A stretch of DNA of 63,125 nt, filler included, from Stramenopiles sp. TOSAG23-6 (lineage: Eukaryota): assembly GCA_900128565.1 (NCBI GenBank). It is 26 parts of 26 records of this genome, joined end to end, with 100 filler letters (N's around TTAATTAATTAA, not from the genome) between each part and the next. Parts side by side here need not be neighbours in the genome. Positions count along the whole stretch, not along the records: positions 36,570 to 38,898 come from LT638122.1; positions 38,999 to 41,326 come from LT638123.1; positions 41,427 to 43,751 come from LT638124.1; positions 43,852 to 46,175 come from LT638125.1; positions 46,276 to 48,599 come from LT638126.1; positions 48,700 to 51,021 come from LT638127.1; 20 more parts are not named here. One strand, written 5' to 3'. The notes under the pieces are model-generated. The model saw only the letters and a list, made by a program, of their open reading frames with translations, was not told where the DNA came from and made no database searches. Made by a program: the position numbers and the translations under genes. Below, piece by piece: positions 37,364-48,796 of this stretch (its first letter is position 1; each line of letters begins with the position of its first letter).

Positions 37364-37749
37364 ATTATTTATTTCATCCAATCAATAGTAGTTGGAGAGA
37401 TAATCTCATGCTTTCCTATCTTAGTGTATCATCTCGCAACCGGTACCACGAACAAGTAGCGCTAGTACGTAAGAAAAAGAGAACTCTGTAGTAGTATAAG
37501 ACTATAAGTACCTTTTCATTTTGTCTTGTCCTTTTTAACGGTCACAATTAAATTAACGTTCGTACTACGACTAGTCAGTAGCATTCGTGTTTTGCTTTGA
37601 AACTTTTGATATCTGATTCATGAAGAATCACAAACCAAGGGAATAGTTGCACAAACCAAGCACAAACAATTGCTTTGTCGTTTTTTTTCGTTTGCTAGCT
37701 AGGGGATCGTATACCTATAATATATGTTAATTTTTAAAGCCTATATATA

Positions 37750-38818
37750 ATGGACGCATTTGCGAAAATGTTTGGTAAGGTGGGGATGCCAGGAGGGTTG
37801 CAAGTGACTGTGCCACATCCTGGCTGTCCGCTTCCGTTTGAAAAAATGAGTGGAACGACCTCTGACTCCAAGACAATAGACTTTGAAAAACTCATACTCA
37901 AAGTCTCTGGCGCCCTTCCAACGAAAGCGTCAGATGTTGTATATGAAGATCGCGATTGTCTTTCTCATTTTGGCGCAAACACTTGCGTTTCACTTGATGA
38001 TGCGCGAGAGACACTCGCGAAAGGTAACCTTGCAGAAGGGCATATAGGACTTGCTAAATTTGGATCGTCCAATTTCGAAGAAGCCTTACATTTCTATATA
38101 AGAGCAAAGGTCGCTGCAGAGAATGAGTTGCGAGCAAAGGGTACTTCTGTTATTGACATTGAACAAGAGGCTGAAGATAATGAATGTGCTCTGTGGAATA
38201 AGGGCGAAATTAGATCATGGATTCGAGCCACACTTGGTGTAGCCAACACTTTGAGAAAACTAGGACGAGTCGAGGAAGCTTTGCCTCTATACAAGCGTTT
38301 AGCAAAAGCGGAGAATGGGAAATGGGTCATGGCAAGCGCCTATATCCAACCCAAATACTTTGTAGTAGAATGTATGTTGCGTTGTAAACCGCCTAGATGG
38401 AAAGAAGCTAAAAAATTTATGCTTAGTGATTGTTTACCTTATATAGAAGAATGTTTTACGTTTCGTAGTGTAGGACTAGGCTTCCGTTTTAACTTAGCAC
38501 TTGTTATGTATATGGAATATAAAAGTCAAGGGAAGGAACCTCCATTAAAACACTTCAGTTGGGATGCTATTGGGACAAATGTACGTTTTCATTTCAATTT
38601 ATTATCTACTATTTTTTTTTATAAAAATTTTGTACCTAACAAATTTTTTATAGAAAATTTTGAAATATTTTTTCAAAATATATACTGACAAGGCTCAGTG
38701 TCACAAACTCCCAAAGAATCCTTTACTTATTTTTGGACCAATGCTGTTGGGAATTGAAAAAGGGATTGGTCATCTTATTGCTGGAGTTCCCTTACCTCAC
38801 CTTATTCCTCGATTACCC
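37750..38818 (+). CDS. TPR-like helical protein (exons 37750-38580, 38684-38818; 3' partial)
   Basis: RATLGVANTLRKLGRVEEALPLYKRL; GT-AT intron 38581-38683 keeps the frame. Confidence 0.6.
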
Positions 38819-39047
38819 GTATGTTTTATTTTTTTTTTTACAGAAAAATCGAATTTATTTTTTTTTTCGTACGAAATTTTGTACCTAACAAATTTTTTNN
38901 NNNNNNNNNNNNNNNNNNNNNNNNNNNNNNNNNNNNNNNNNNTTAATTAATTAANNNNNNNNNNNNNNNNNNNNNNNNNNNNNNNNNNNNNNNNNNNNAA
39001 AATTTCGTACGAAAAAAAAATCGAATTTGAAAAAAAATAAAACATAC

Positions 39048-39863
39048 ATATTCAATCCCTCCTAACTTATTCCATACTTTTGTCTGTTGACATTGTCGTA
39101 TTTCGTTATATTTTTTTTCATGCCACCACTCACAGCGTAGTCCATCAGATATTGCGTATCCATACTCATCATATAGAGGTACTGGGGTAGTCATGTCGAT
39201 TCGTGCTTTCAAAGGAAAATTATATAATTTTGTTGTGATAATATCTTCATTAATATATTTCGGGCGATAGAAATCATCAGATTTTGTGCCAGGATATATC
39301 CCTACTCGCAGGTGAACTTCCCCACTTCCAGTGCCATCCGTTAGTGACCACCAAGAATCTTTTACTTGAAGTCCACTTGAGCCTACTAAACTTTCAAGAG
39401 GAAGAACGACTCTACCTAATAGAATATCTTGTGATAGTAAGCCTCTATTATCAATTATCTCTACAGATAGAGCCCATTGATCTAAATAAAAAAGCCTATC
39501 ATCACGATTATGATTTTCTTCATGAGAATCATTCAACAATACGTGTACGGGTAAAGTCAACTCTGCGTCTATCATTGGATTACTTTTTCCAGCAGCAGCT
39601 TTGGAAGAAGTGACTGGCTTTGTATGATTCGTTGCACTTCCTATCTTCCTAAACGATGACTGCAAATCACCACTCTTATGCCGTGGCAAGGTTTTCTGTG
39701 GCGAAGGTGCGTCAAGTCGAATAAGTTGGACCATGGCAAATGGACCTCGTAGGACTGTACTGTTGTCTGAGGACACACGAAGGTTTCTCGCTTGAACGAC
39801 ATGCACTTCGATATAACTCGTAGATGTCTTGTCAAAACCACCAGAGCGTAGACGTTGCAGCAT
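39048..39863 (-). CDS. C2-domain protein, first exon
   Basis: IEVHVVQARNL, LSVEIID, LLGRVVLPL, WWSL...GEVHLRV, followed by YDEYGY. Confidence 0.75.
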
Positions 39864-40141
39864 TTTATACTCTTCTAATTAAAAATTGATGATCGGTATA
39901 TATAATCTTGTTATTATTATTACTGCATTTATAATTCAGAGTTCTTATTGGCTTTAGATAAATTCAATTTTCATCTTCAATTTAATATTGTATTTTATTT
40001 TACTCATTTCCGATTTGTTAGTTTTCGCGAGCAGGAACGACATCATCGTTTTTGATGTTTTTGATGAGCAATAATTTTAATTTTTTGACTTGTTTGTCCG
40101 GACTCCGTACCGTACTCTACGGCGTTTTAAACTTTTAGACG

Positions 40142-40480
40142 ATGAATACGATGGATACCATTGCATTTAAAAAAATATTGGAAAAATGCCAAATGAAGTG
40201 CAAAAAATGCTGGGTTTCCACTGCAACTGGCCCATGCAAAGCCTGTAAATGGTGCTGCAACAACGAGTTTTGTTGGCGGACGTTTCACTCTGACTATGTA
40301 GATCAGACTGAATATTCAGAACGTAATCCTTTTAATGTCATGTGTCATTGTGGACAACCTGCAACAGGCATTTGCAATAAATGCGTATTTTGTTGTAATA
40401 AGAAATACTGTGAAATATTCCATATAATACCTGAGGAAAATAATGGTAGATGTAACAACAAGAATTTAGCATACGTATAG
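40142..40480 (+). CDS. Small protein with two B-box-like Cys/His clusters
   Basis: CKKC..ATGPCKAC..CCN...C...FH and CHC..ATGICNKC..CCN...C..FH. Confidence 0.65.
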   Translation: MNTMDTIAFKKILEKCQMKCKKCWVSTATGPCKACKWCCNNEFCWRTFHSDYVDQTEYSERNPFNVMCHCGQPATGICNKCVFCCNKKYCEIFHIIPEENNGRCNNKNLAYV

Positions 40481-40601
40481 CAAATTATACATTTATGTAT
40501 TCTATTTCAAATTTATTCTTGTATTAAAAAACAATGCTTTTTTAAAAAATATAGATTTAAAATTATTTTAAAATGTTTTCTCTGTTCCATCCAATAAAAT
40601 C

Positions 40602-41270
40602 TTATTTATCTTTGTCTCCTATCTGAGATTTTTCAAGTTCAAGAAGAAATAAATTGAAATTTCGCTTTCTCACTTCATCATTTTTCTCGGGAAACATGAT
40701 ATATCCATCATAACCATATTTCATGTATATTGTGAAAAATATTTTTTAAAGAAAAAATGTTAGGTACGAATTTTCGTACAAAAAGAAAAAACACGATGAC
40801 AACGTATATATGCTCGTTCCAGTTGCCATGCTCCTTCTCTGTCACCGGAACAATTGCCTCCATATTTTTCACCTCGCTTTGGATCTGGACAAAATTTAGA
40901 GCAGCTTTTCGTCCGACCTTGAAAATTAATACAAACCATTTGAATCTTATTTAAGAAGTGTTTTGCTAAAGTTTCCTGTATTGTGAAAGAACAATGTTTT
41001 TAGTAAAAAAACGTGAGGTCTGATTTTTTTACGTAAAAATAAAATTCAAAAAAATTCAAAATATTTTGTTAGGTATGGAATTTCGTACTAAAAAAAAAAA
41101 AAAAAATTCAAATTCATGATGAAAACATATATTGATACTGTCGAAAGCTTTCCAAGAAGGATATATTCGAATGAAAATATTTTTTTGTGGTATAAATGCT
41201 TCTTCTAAATCAAATTGCTCAATCCTCGCCTTGTTAGTAAATTTCAATACAACTTTTTGCCAAGTCGAGT
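40602..41270 (-). CDS. Hypothetical protein (exons 41270-41131, 40975-40808, 40724-40602) with AT-AG and AT-AC introns
   Basis: Removing 41130-40976 and 40807-40725 gives one open frame: ...FDSIN|ETLAK...ERAY|MKYGYDGY...*. Confidence 0.65.
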
Positions 41271-41858
41271 GTGTATTTTGGAAAAATATTTCAAAAAAAA
41301 ATCGTTACGTACAAAATTTCGTACGANNNNNNNNNNNNNNNNNNNNNNNNNNNNNNNNNNNNNNNNNNNNTTAATTAATTAANNNNNNNNNNNNNNNNNN
41401 NNNNNNNNNNNNNNNNNNNNNNNNNNTTTTGGAAATACACATTTTTTTTTTTTTTTGAATTGTATCAAAAAAACTACTTACAATACATTGAATAGTACTA
41501 TAAAACCAACAAACGATAGAATTGAAATTTGTATCAAAAACTTCATATATTACACAACTACACAACGTATTCTTTGTAGTTATTTGTATATTGTTTTTCA
41601 TTTGTCTCAATGTTCAATTTGTTCTATTTTTTTTGTAAAAAAAATCGTTAGGTACAAAATTTCGTACGAAAAAAAACATTCAAAATTGAAACCTAACACA
41701 CATGACAGTCCATTAACCCTAATTGAACATTCTATATCAAAATATCAAAATTTCATACAAAAACAATTCAAATTTATTCTTGAAATTCATCTACATCACT
41801 TTTAGGTTTTTAGGTTTTTAGGTTTACATATAAAAAAAATTCAAATTTAAATTCAAAT

Positions 41859-43346
41859 TTATTCTTCAGGTTCAACTACTACATCACTTTTCAATTCACC
41901 ACAATCTGCAATCACAATGTCATTGACGGGGCAATCCTGAGCACCTTTTTCAGTATTTTCAATTTTACGAATAATATCCATACCTTGAATCACTTCACCA
42001 AACACAACATGTTTACCATCTAAATGAGGAGTAACGGTTGTTGTAATAAAGAATTGAGAACCATTTGTATTCGGTCCAGCATTCGCCATGGATAACAAAC
42101 CTGCTTTGGTATGTTTTACTCGAAAATTCTCATCAGCAAATTTAGCACCATAAATACTTTTACCACCAGTACCATTATGATTTGTGAAATCTCCTCCTTG
42201 ACACATAAAATCTTTAATGACGCGATGAAATTTGCTGCCCTTATAATGCAAATCATCACCTTTTTCGCCGGTACACAAAGCACGGAAATTCTCAGCTGTT
42301 TTTGGTGTTGTATCACCATATAGTTGAAATGTCACTCGGCCAAGTGATTCTCCTTCACTTTCCATATCAAAGTAGACCTTTGGTCCCGAGTGAATATCCG
42401 AAATTATTTGAGATTTTTCATTATACATACTCACTTTTTCAAATGCTCCGCCAAATTTCGCTTTTGCATTTTTCTTTTCTTGTAGAATTTTTTTCTTAAG
42501 AAGATCATACTCTTTACGAACAGCTTTATTTTGAGGATCTAATTTAGCGGCTTGTAAAAGATCAACTCTTGCTTGAGATAAAAGGCCAAATTTAGCTCTT
42601 GCGCTTCCTCTTCTATATAAAGCCTTGATATTGTTTTCTTCCCCCGTCATGGTCAAAACTTCAGTTGCCTTTGCAACTGCTTTTCCGTATTCTTTTTGTT
42701 TTAAGAGTGCAGCTGCAGCATTCAAACGACACGAGACACATAAATTGTGAACCTCCTTCTCAGACGCAGATGGGTCGCTTTCCGTCTGAAATGTTTCTGG
42801 ACCTTTGCCAAGAAGATCAGATACCAATTCAAGTGCTGCGTCCCACTGTTGAGTTGCTTGTAAATAATTTTTCATTTTAAAAGAATCGTTACCAGCAGTT
42901 TTCTTTTTACTAGCGGCAACAATTTTTTCACTTGTTGACATTTCCCACTTACTTTTCTCTTTAGGGGCAAAACCTAAAAGTTCACAGTCAAAGACGAGAG
43001 TAGCACCACCAGGAATCTTTGGAGGAGATCCATTCGCACCATAACCATAGTCACTTTTAATGACCAAATTAGCTCTCTCTCCAACCTTCATGCTTGCGAA
43101 ACCAAGATCCCATCCTTTAATTACACGACCTTGACCGAGTTGAAACTTAAAAGGATCATTTCTGTCACGAGATGAATCGAACTTGGAGCCATCTGACTCT
43201 AACGTACCTGTATAATGAGCAGTCACTTCGTCACCAGCTGGAGGAGATTCTCCAGTACCCTCGACCAAAACTTGTTTAATAACACCACCATCTCCACTGA
43301 TATCGACTTCACGGAGAACTGGAAGAGTTTCGTTTGATGTACTCAT
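41859..43346 (-). CDS. Dual-family immunophilin: FKBP - TPR - cyclophilin (FCBP type), complete and intronless
   Basis: FKBP ([31 protein letters not shown]), TPRs (KALYRRGSA) and cyclophilin ([40 protein letters not shown]). Confidence 0.96.
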   Translation of the reverse strand: MSTSNETLPVLREVDISGDGGVIKQVLVEGTGESPPAGDEVTAHYTGTLESDGSKFDSSRDRNDPFKFQLGQGRVIKGWDLGFASMKVGERANLVIKSDYGYGANGSPPKIPGGATLVFDCELLGFAPKEKSKWEMSTSEKIVAASKKKTAGNDSFKMKNYLQATQQWDAALELVSDLLGKGPETFQTESDPSASEKEVHNLCVSCRLNAAAALLKQKEYGKAVAKATEVLTMTGEENNIKALYRRGSARAKFGLLSQARVDLLQAAKLDPQNKAVRKEYDLLKKKILQEKKNAKAKFGGAFEKVSMYNEKSQIISDIHSGPKVYFDMESEGESLGRVTFQLYGDTTPKTAENFRALCTGEKGDDLHYKGSKFHRVIKDFMCQGGDFTNHNGTGGKSIYGAKFADENFRVKHTKAGLLSMANAGPNTNGSQFFITTTVTPHLDGKHVVFGEVIQGMDIIRKIENTEKGAQDCPVNDIVIADCGELKSDVVVEPEE

Positions 43347-43456
43347 AGTATTGTATATTTGTTATTGTATATTGCGTATTCTTTGTTATCCTTTAATTAG
43401 TGTTTGACAAAATTACTGGCGTCAAAATTACTCATATATGCTCAGTACCAAAATCG

Positions 43457-43536
43457 AGTCGAAAACCTAGGTTTACACGAAAAAGGAAAAGTTGAGAACC
43501 TAGGTTCTCAAAAGTAAAAAACCTAGGTTTTCGACT
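43457..43536. promoter_or_regulatory. Nested palindrome array (3 x AACCTAGGTT) upstream of the FCBP gene
   Basis: Perfect 18-bp inverted repeat (43457-43474 / 43519-43536) enclosing a perfect 20-bp palindrome (43492-43511). The structure is certain; its function is inferred. Confidence 0.55.
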
Positions 43537-44142
43537 GATCCAATTCTCAAGTCAAACCTACGTTTTCAAACTAACTTCTTCTGTCAAAACGTACTAACAC
43601 TTTCTTTCTCTTCACGAAACCATTCTATGATATTGTTTGTCAAAAGTTTCAAAACCTGTGCTACGTAAACGCTTTTTATGATATTACTGCTTCGCAATAA
43701 TAAGGAGCAATCGCATACTCCAACCATATTCAACTACTTTCCTTTTGACTTNNNNNNNNNNNNNNNNNNNNNNNNNNNNNNNNNNNNNNNNNNNNTTAAT
43801 TAATTAANNNNNNNNNNNNNNNNNNNNNNNNNNNNNNNNNNNNNNNNNNNNTATGTTTTGTATTTTTTGTATTTTTTGTATTTGTTGTATTTTTTGTATT
43901 TTTTGTATTTTTTGTATTTTTTGTATTTTTTATATTTGTATCCAGATTGTTATCATATATGTAATATAGAAACATATTTGAATTTTTTCATTGTTTATTG
44001 TTAGGTACAAAATTATAATAGTAAATAGATTGGAATAAATGGTAACAATTTATAAACGAGGCGTTAAAAAAAAAAAAATGTTTAGGTACAAAATTTCGTA
44101 TGAAAAAATAAAATAAATTCGAAATTCGAAATGTAAACGCAC

Positions 44143-44759
44143 ACAATATCAACAACTTTCATACAACTTGAATATAAATTTGGATGATCCTTTTGTGTTA
44201 TTGGATGATGAACCATCGATGATACATCGTCAAATTCATCTATATTACATTCAGCACCTAAAGAATTTTGACTGGTTTGTAAGCGTAACACTCGACCTAA
44301 TAGCAAAGCGTCACAAATTTCATCTGGATTAGTTTTGATTTTGTTTGAATTGTTGGATAGTGTCTTTTTTATGCAACTACATTCGACCCGATGATTTGCT
44401 TTCCAATCTAATCTCTGGCAGGTTTTACTACAATAAAACACTTGTTTACATGATGCACAACGTAAAAGATTCATGTCCGATGAGGGTTGTGTCCAGCAAT
44501 AGTTACAGCGACTATTCCAAATTCTGTTGTGTAGAATAGATGCACTAGGTTGTGTATTTAAAATGATCTCTCCAGGTTGAAAAGTCCTAGTTGTAAACAC
44601 ACAACGACCTCGACCTTTGACAACTTTTGTTTTGAGATCATGCTTCTTTAGTAAAGACTCCCATCGTGAACAATTCAAGTCTTGTGGAATTTGAGAATTA
44701 TGTATTGCTCTTTGTGCAATAGGGTTGTCAATTGTAAAGTTATTCTTTTGAAATTTCAT
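44143..44759 (-). CDS. SMYD-family SET/MYND lysine methyltransferase, first exon
   Basis: GRGRCVFTTR..QPGEII, CNYC...LLRCASCK..YCSKTCQRLDW..H..EC. Confidence 0.9.
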
Positions 44760-45142
44760 TTTAGACTTTTATCGTATCAAACATAGCTAAACTTATGCAA
44801 TTTTTTCGTTCGTGTGCTCAAAGCTGATACCAAATGATAAAAGTACAATGTTGCTTTACACCTTACAATACAATATTTGTATGTATGTTGTTATTATTAC
44901 CTATTGTACTATTATGGATTTTATTAATATACAAATAGGTAGGAAGGTCCTACTGAAGTTGTGTGTGAAGTTGTGTTGTATGTTCAGTCAAATTTTAATT
45001 TTACCGGTACCGGGTATCGTACCTAGTCAACTTTTTTTTTTCTGACCGTTTCGTTGTAGTTAGGGTATCAAAAAGATTTATCTTTACCTCACTTCAAACG
45101 ACGTCAAGATTATTTCTAAGCTGTTCAACTAAATATATCAAT

Positions 45143-45714
45143 ATGGAACAAATGATATTACTACAACACCGTCATAATGATTTGAGAATGCATGCGAAAT
45201 TTCAGAGTAATATGTCCGTAAGTATCATGCGTATTATAGAAAACCATCTTTGAAAAATGTATCCTCTTTTTTTCATAATCTTCATTATTAACTTTATAGT
45301 ATGATACAAACGTACTATATCAACAATATCATAAATTAATAATACAAATTATCAATAAAATTCCTACTATATATATTCATTATACTACAGGAAAGTGAAC
45401 TTTGGCAAGTCACAAAATCAGCTTCTAACCTTGGTTCTGCTGACCGTGCCATGGGAGGGCGTAGGTATTTGACATCATCTGCGTCAAGTGTGGTTGGCGG
45501 CGAACTTGTCACAGACTACTGCAACCGTGAACCAGGTAAGCTAAATGTAAAGGCACTATTTAGACATACTTCGTTTACACATTGGCAAAGGAGAAATGCC
45601 GACTGGTACCGATATATGGACAACCCAATACCAACTAAAAGTCCTATGAAACTCGCCTTTCACTGTACAGAAAAACGTCATGCCCGACCAAAAATACCAA
45701 AAGTACCAAAGTAA
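45143..45714 (+). CDS. Small hypothetical protein (exons 45143-45217, 45391-45714) with a conventional GT-AG intron
   Basis: GTAAGT...TACAG intron 45218-45390 joins two exons in frame (25 + 108 codons). Confidence 0.6.
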
Positions 45715-46275
45715 AGGTACAATAAAAGTATGGCTATACTATTATAATGCAAAATTGGAAAGTAGATATTATTTAACATTTTAATTGTTGACTCGAGGAA
45801 TGTGGTTTTAGTGTCAACAACATATATCTTTTGAAAAAATATATATAGCAATCAAGTATATTTATTATAAAATTGTACATAAATTGAGAAATACTATGGA
45901 GAAGCTTTTTTGCATTTTATCTCCGGCGTTTTTAGCCTTAATCAACCACTTCTTTGCTTTTTTCTGTGTATTGAGCAACTAACGGAGATTCAATTCTATT
46001 TTTTTTCATCCGCGATCACCACTTAAATTCCAAAATTTGGAGATTTCGCATCTAGATTTTTTTTTTTCGTAGTAAAGTTTGTACCTAACAATTTTTTTTA
46101 AATACTTTTTCACAATACACACTGCAATGGACAAAAATTCACTATTGTATAAAGATAAAAAAGGATGTCCCTCAGNNNNNNNNNNNNNNNNNNNNNNNNN
46201 NNNNNNNNNNNNNNNNNNNTTAATTAATTAANNNNNNNNNNNNNNNNNNNNNNNNNNNNNNNNNNNNNNNNNNNN

Positions 46276-48599
46276 CGGGGCAATTAGTGGGTGAAGCATC
46301 ATCTGATAGGACAACTTCATCTTTTGCTGAAGGGGGTTGGGGGAAAGAATTTATTAAATTAAGAAATGATTTAGCAACGACAGAATACGTTGACTTGAGT
46401 TTAGAACAAAGAGTTTTTATTGTAGAGATATTATCAACTTTTATTACTGAAAGTGGTGTGATGCGAGCATATTTAAGAAATTCACTCGAGCAAAGTGTGA
46501 AACTAGCCGCTCGAAAGCGAAAAGAATATTCAACAATATTAAAAATTGCTGCAGATTCAAAGAAAAAAAATTATGCGGACCAAAAGCTACATCGTCAACA
46601 AATGATTCAAAATGTGAAGGAAAATGATACACAATTAATTGCTGAAGCGAAATGTAACAATTTATCTCAACAAGAAAATAGTGCCAGTAAAGATTCAATG
46701 ATTGATACTACTAAAATGTGTGGCAAAGCTGAACGTGGAAGCAGTACATGTAGTTTTGGCAGCACTAGTAGCGATTATCATAAATCATTCAATGTGTCTC
46801 TTAGTGCTATTCAAATCGAAGCCAAAGCAGAGCTTGATGCGAGGTATAATATTCTCCAGGAGTATGTCGGTTGTTTACGTCGTACTCCAATTGGTTGCGA
46901 TAGAGATTTTAGANNNNNNNNNNNNNNNNNNNNNNNNNNNNNNNNGATTTTAGAGAATACTGGTTGCTTGGTGGTGACATAAGTCGCATAGTGGTGAAGA
47001 TATTACCTAAAAAATGCCGACCACCTTTAATACTGAATGAGTTTGTACGTTTTCATCATGTATTTCAATTTTTTTTTTTGTACCAAATTTTATAATTAAC
47101 AAAAAAAATGAAATTTGACATATCTTTTACTACATATGGCGAAGAAGTTAGAAAACGCCCAGGTCGTAAAAAGAGAGCTAAAAAAATTTCAATTGTAAAA
47201 AAGGAAAAGAAAGTGTCTGATACAAACAATAAAAAAAAAGTGAATAGCGATAGTGATGATGATGATGATGGGGAGACAGAAAGTGATGACGATATGGATA
47301 GTGATCCTGATAATGGTAGCGACAGTGAACACCAAGTAGATGAGCCGGTGTTGAGTAACTATCTTACAATTATGGCTGAACGTGAAGCGAACCCTCTGCC
47401 GTCTCCCAAAGCCCCCCCTGGTCCAATGAGTATCGATCCTATCCGCTGGATTTCAATTGAAACTGAGAAAGAATTTGATGATCTTATCGAATCTTTACGA
47501 TACAAAAAAGAATTTAAAAAAAAACAATTCTGAAGTATTGAATAAACAGAAAAATGTTGGAAATCTCAAAGAAACGAAGAAGAATCGAAGAAAAACTTGC
47601 AAGAAACGTAAATCATATCCAAAAGAATATTTATCATATGCAACGCAATTATTAACTGTATGTGGTCACAGTCTTGTTTCAAAATTACTGGAAGCAAAGA
47701 ATAAAGATCCGTCGAAAACCTGGCAATTTCCCAGCGATAGTAACGAAAATAGTCCAAAAAAATTAGAAATACATTTAGGAGTGAATCGCCTTCGCGCAGA
47801 GTTATTAGATGTAGAAAATTCTTTACCAGCATCTCTTGTCGATGCGTATGGCCCAATTGGTACTCCTGAAGCTCGTCAATTGTGGCAGGATAAAGTTTGC
47901 TCGGCTAGTAATGTAGAAACATTTGTGGATCTAATTGTTGCTTTAGAATTGGGTGTACATAGAGACCAATTAAAAAGTTTTTGGAAGCCGTCTCGAAAAT
48001 TACAAAATATTTTTATTGATTTGAAGGAAGCTGAGGATTTTATCAATAAAAATGCCAAAGACAGAAGAAAATATACGAAGCAGATTCCAACCATTGAGGA
48101 TAGTACATCTGAAACAAAACCTAGTTTAAATTCTGATGTAAAATTGGATACAATAACGCCGAATGATGCAAAATCTAGTATTGTATTGTCCAAACTTGAA
48201 GAAGAAGCAAAAAAAATAACTGATGAAAAAACGTCTAAATTGTTAGAGACTCACACAATTTATGCTTCACTTTTCGAGGCTATTTGGAGTCTTGATGAAG
48301 CTATAACTTATCCTAAAGCAAAGGCTATTTCAAGATCTATTGGTACGAATGATCGACCTACTAGTTCATCTCGCACGACTTCGACGTCTAGTGCAACTGG
48401 AGATGATTATGGGTTTAGTTTTGAACATGTAGGCAATGCTGCTGATGATTACGAAGGAGCTTCTTGGGGTAATATTGAAGATATTGAACCTAGCTATATA
48501 ACAACTGACGGTATTTTGAATCATATAAAGAATGAAATGCGAAAAACAGAAGCTTGGCAAATTACCCAAAGATCATCAAGAGCGAAGGATACGACCATG
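46276..48599 (+). CDS. DDT/WHIM-WSD-type chromatin protein fragment (intron 47045-47137; apparent frameshift near 47500)
   Basis: EYVDLSLEQRVFIV (WHIM1-like), RRTPIGCDRDFR..YWLLGG (WSD-like), LRAELLDVENSLP and WQDKV. Confidence 0.65.
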
Positions 48600-48796
48600 N
48601 NNNNNNNNNNNNNNNNNNNNNNNNNNNNNNNNNNNNNNNNNNNTTAATTAATTAANNNNNNNNNNNNNNNNNNNNNNNNNNNNNNNNNNNNNNNNNNNNA
48701 CTCATGCGCGATATTCTCAGATATAAAAAATATCATTACAATAGTGAAAAGAATTCAAGCAATTGTTGTAGAAACACCACACAAACAACTTATTAA

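Noticed and set aside
43852-43935. 9-nt microsatellite (TATTTTTTG)n and similar coding 9-mers such as the SKH repeats near 49950
   Set aside because: Ordinary slippage repeats in AT-rich DNA.
47457-47533. Programmed frameshift in the DDT/WSD gene
   Set aside because: The frame change falls among A-homopolymers in a gapped contig, so a consensus error is the simpler explanation.
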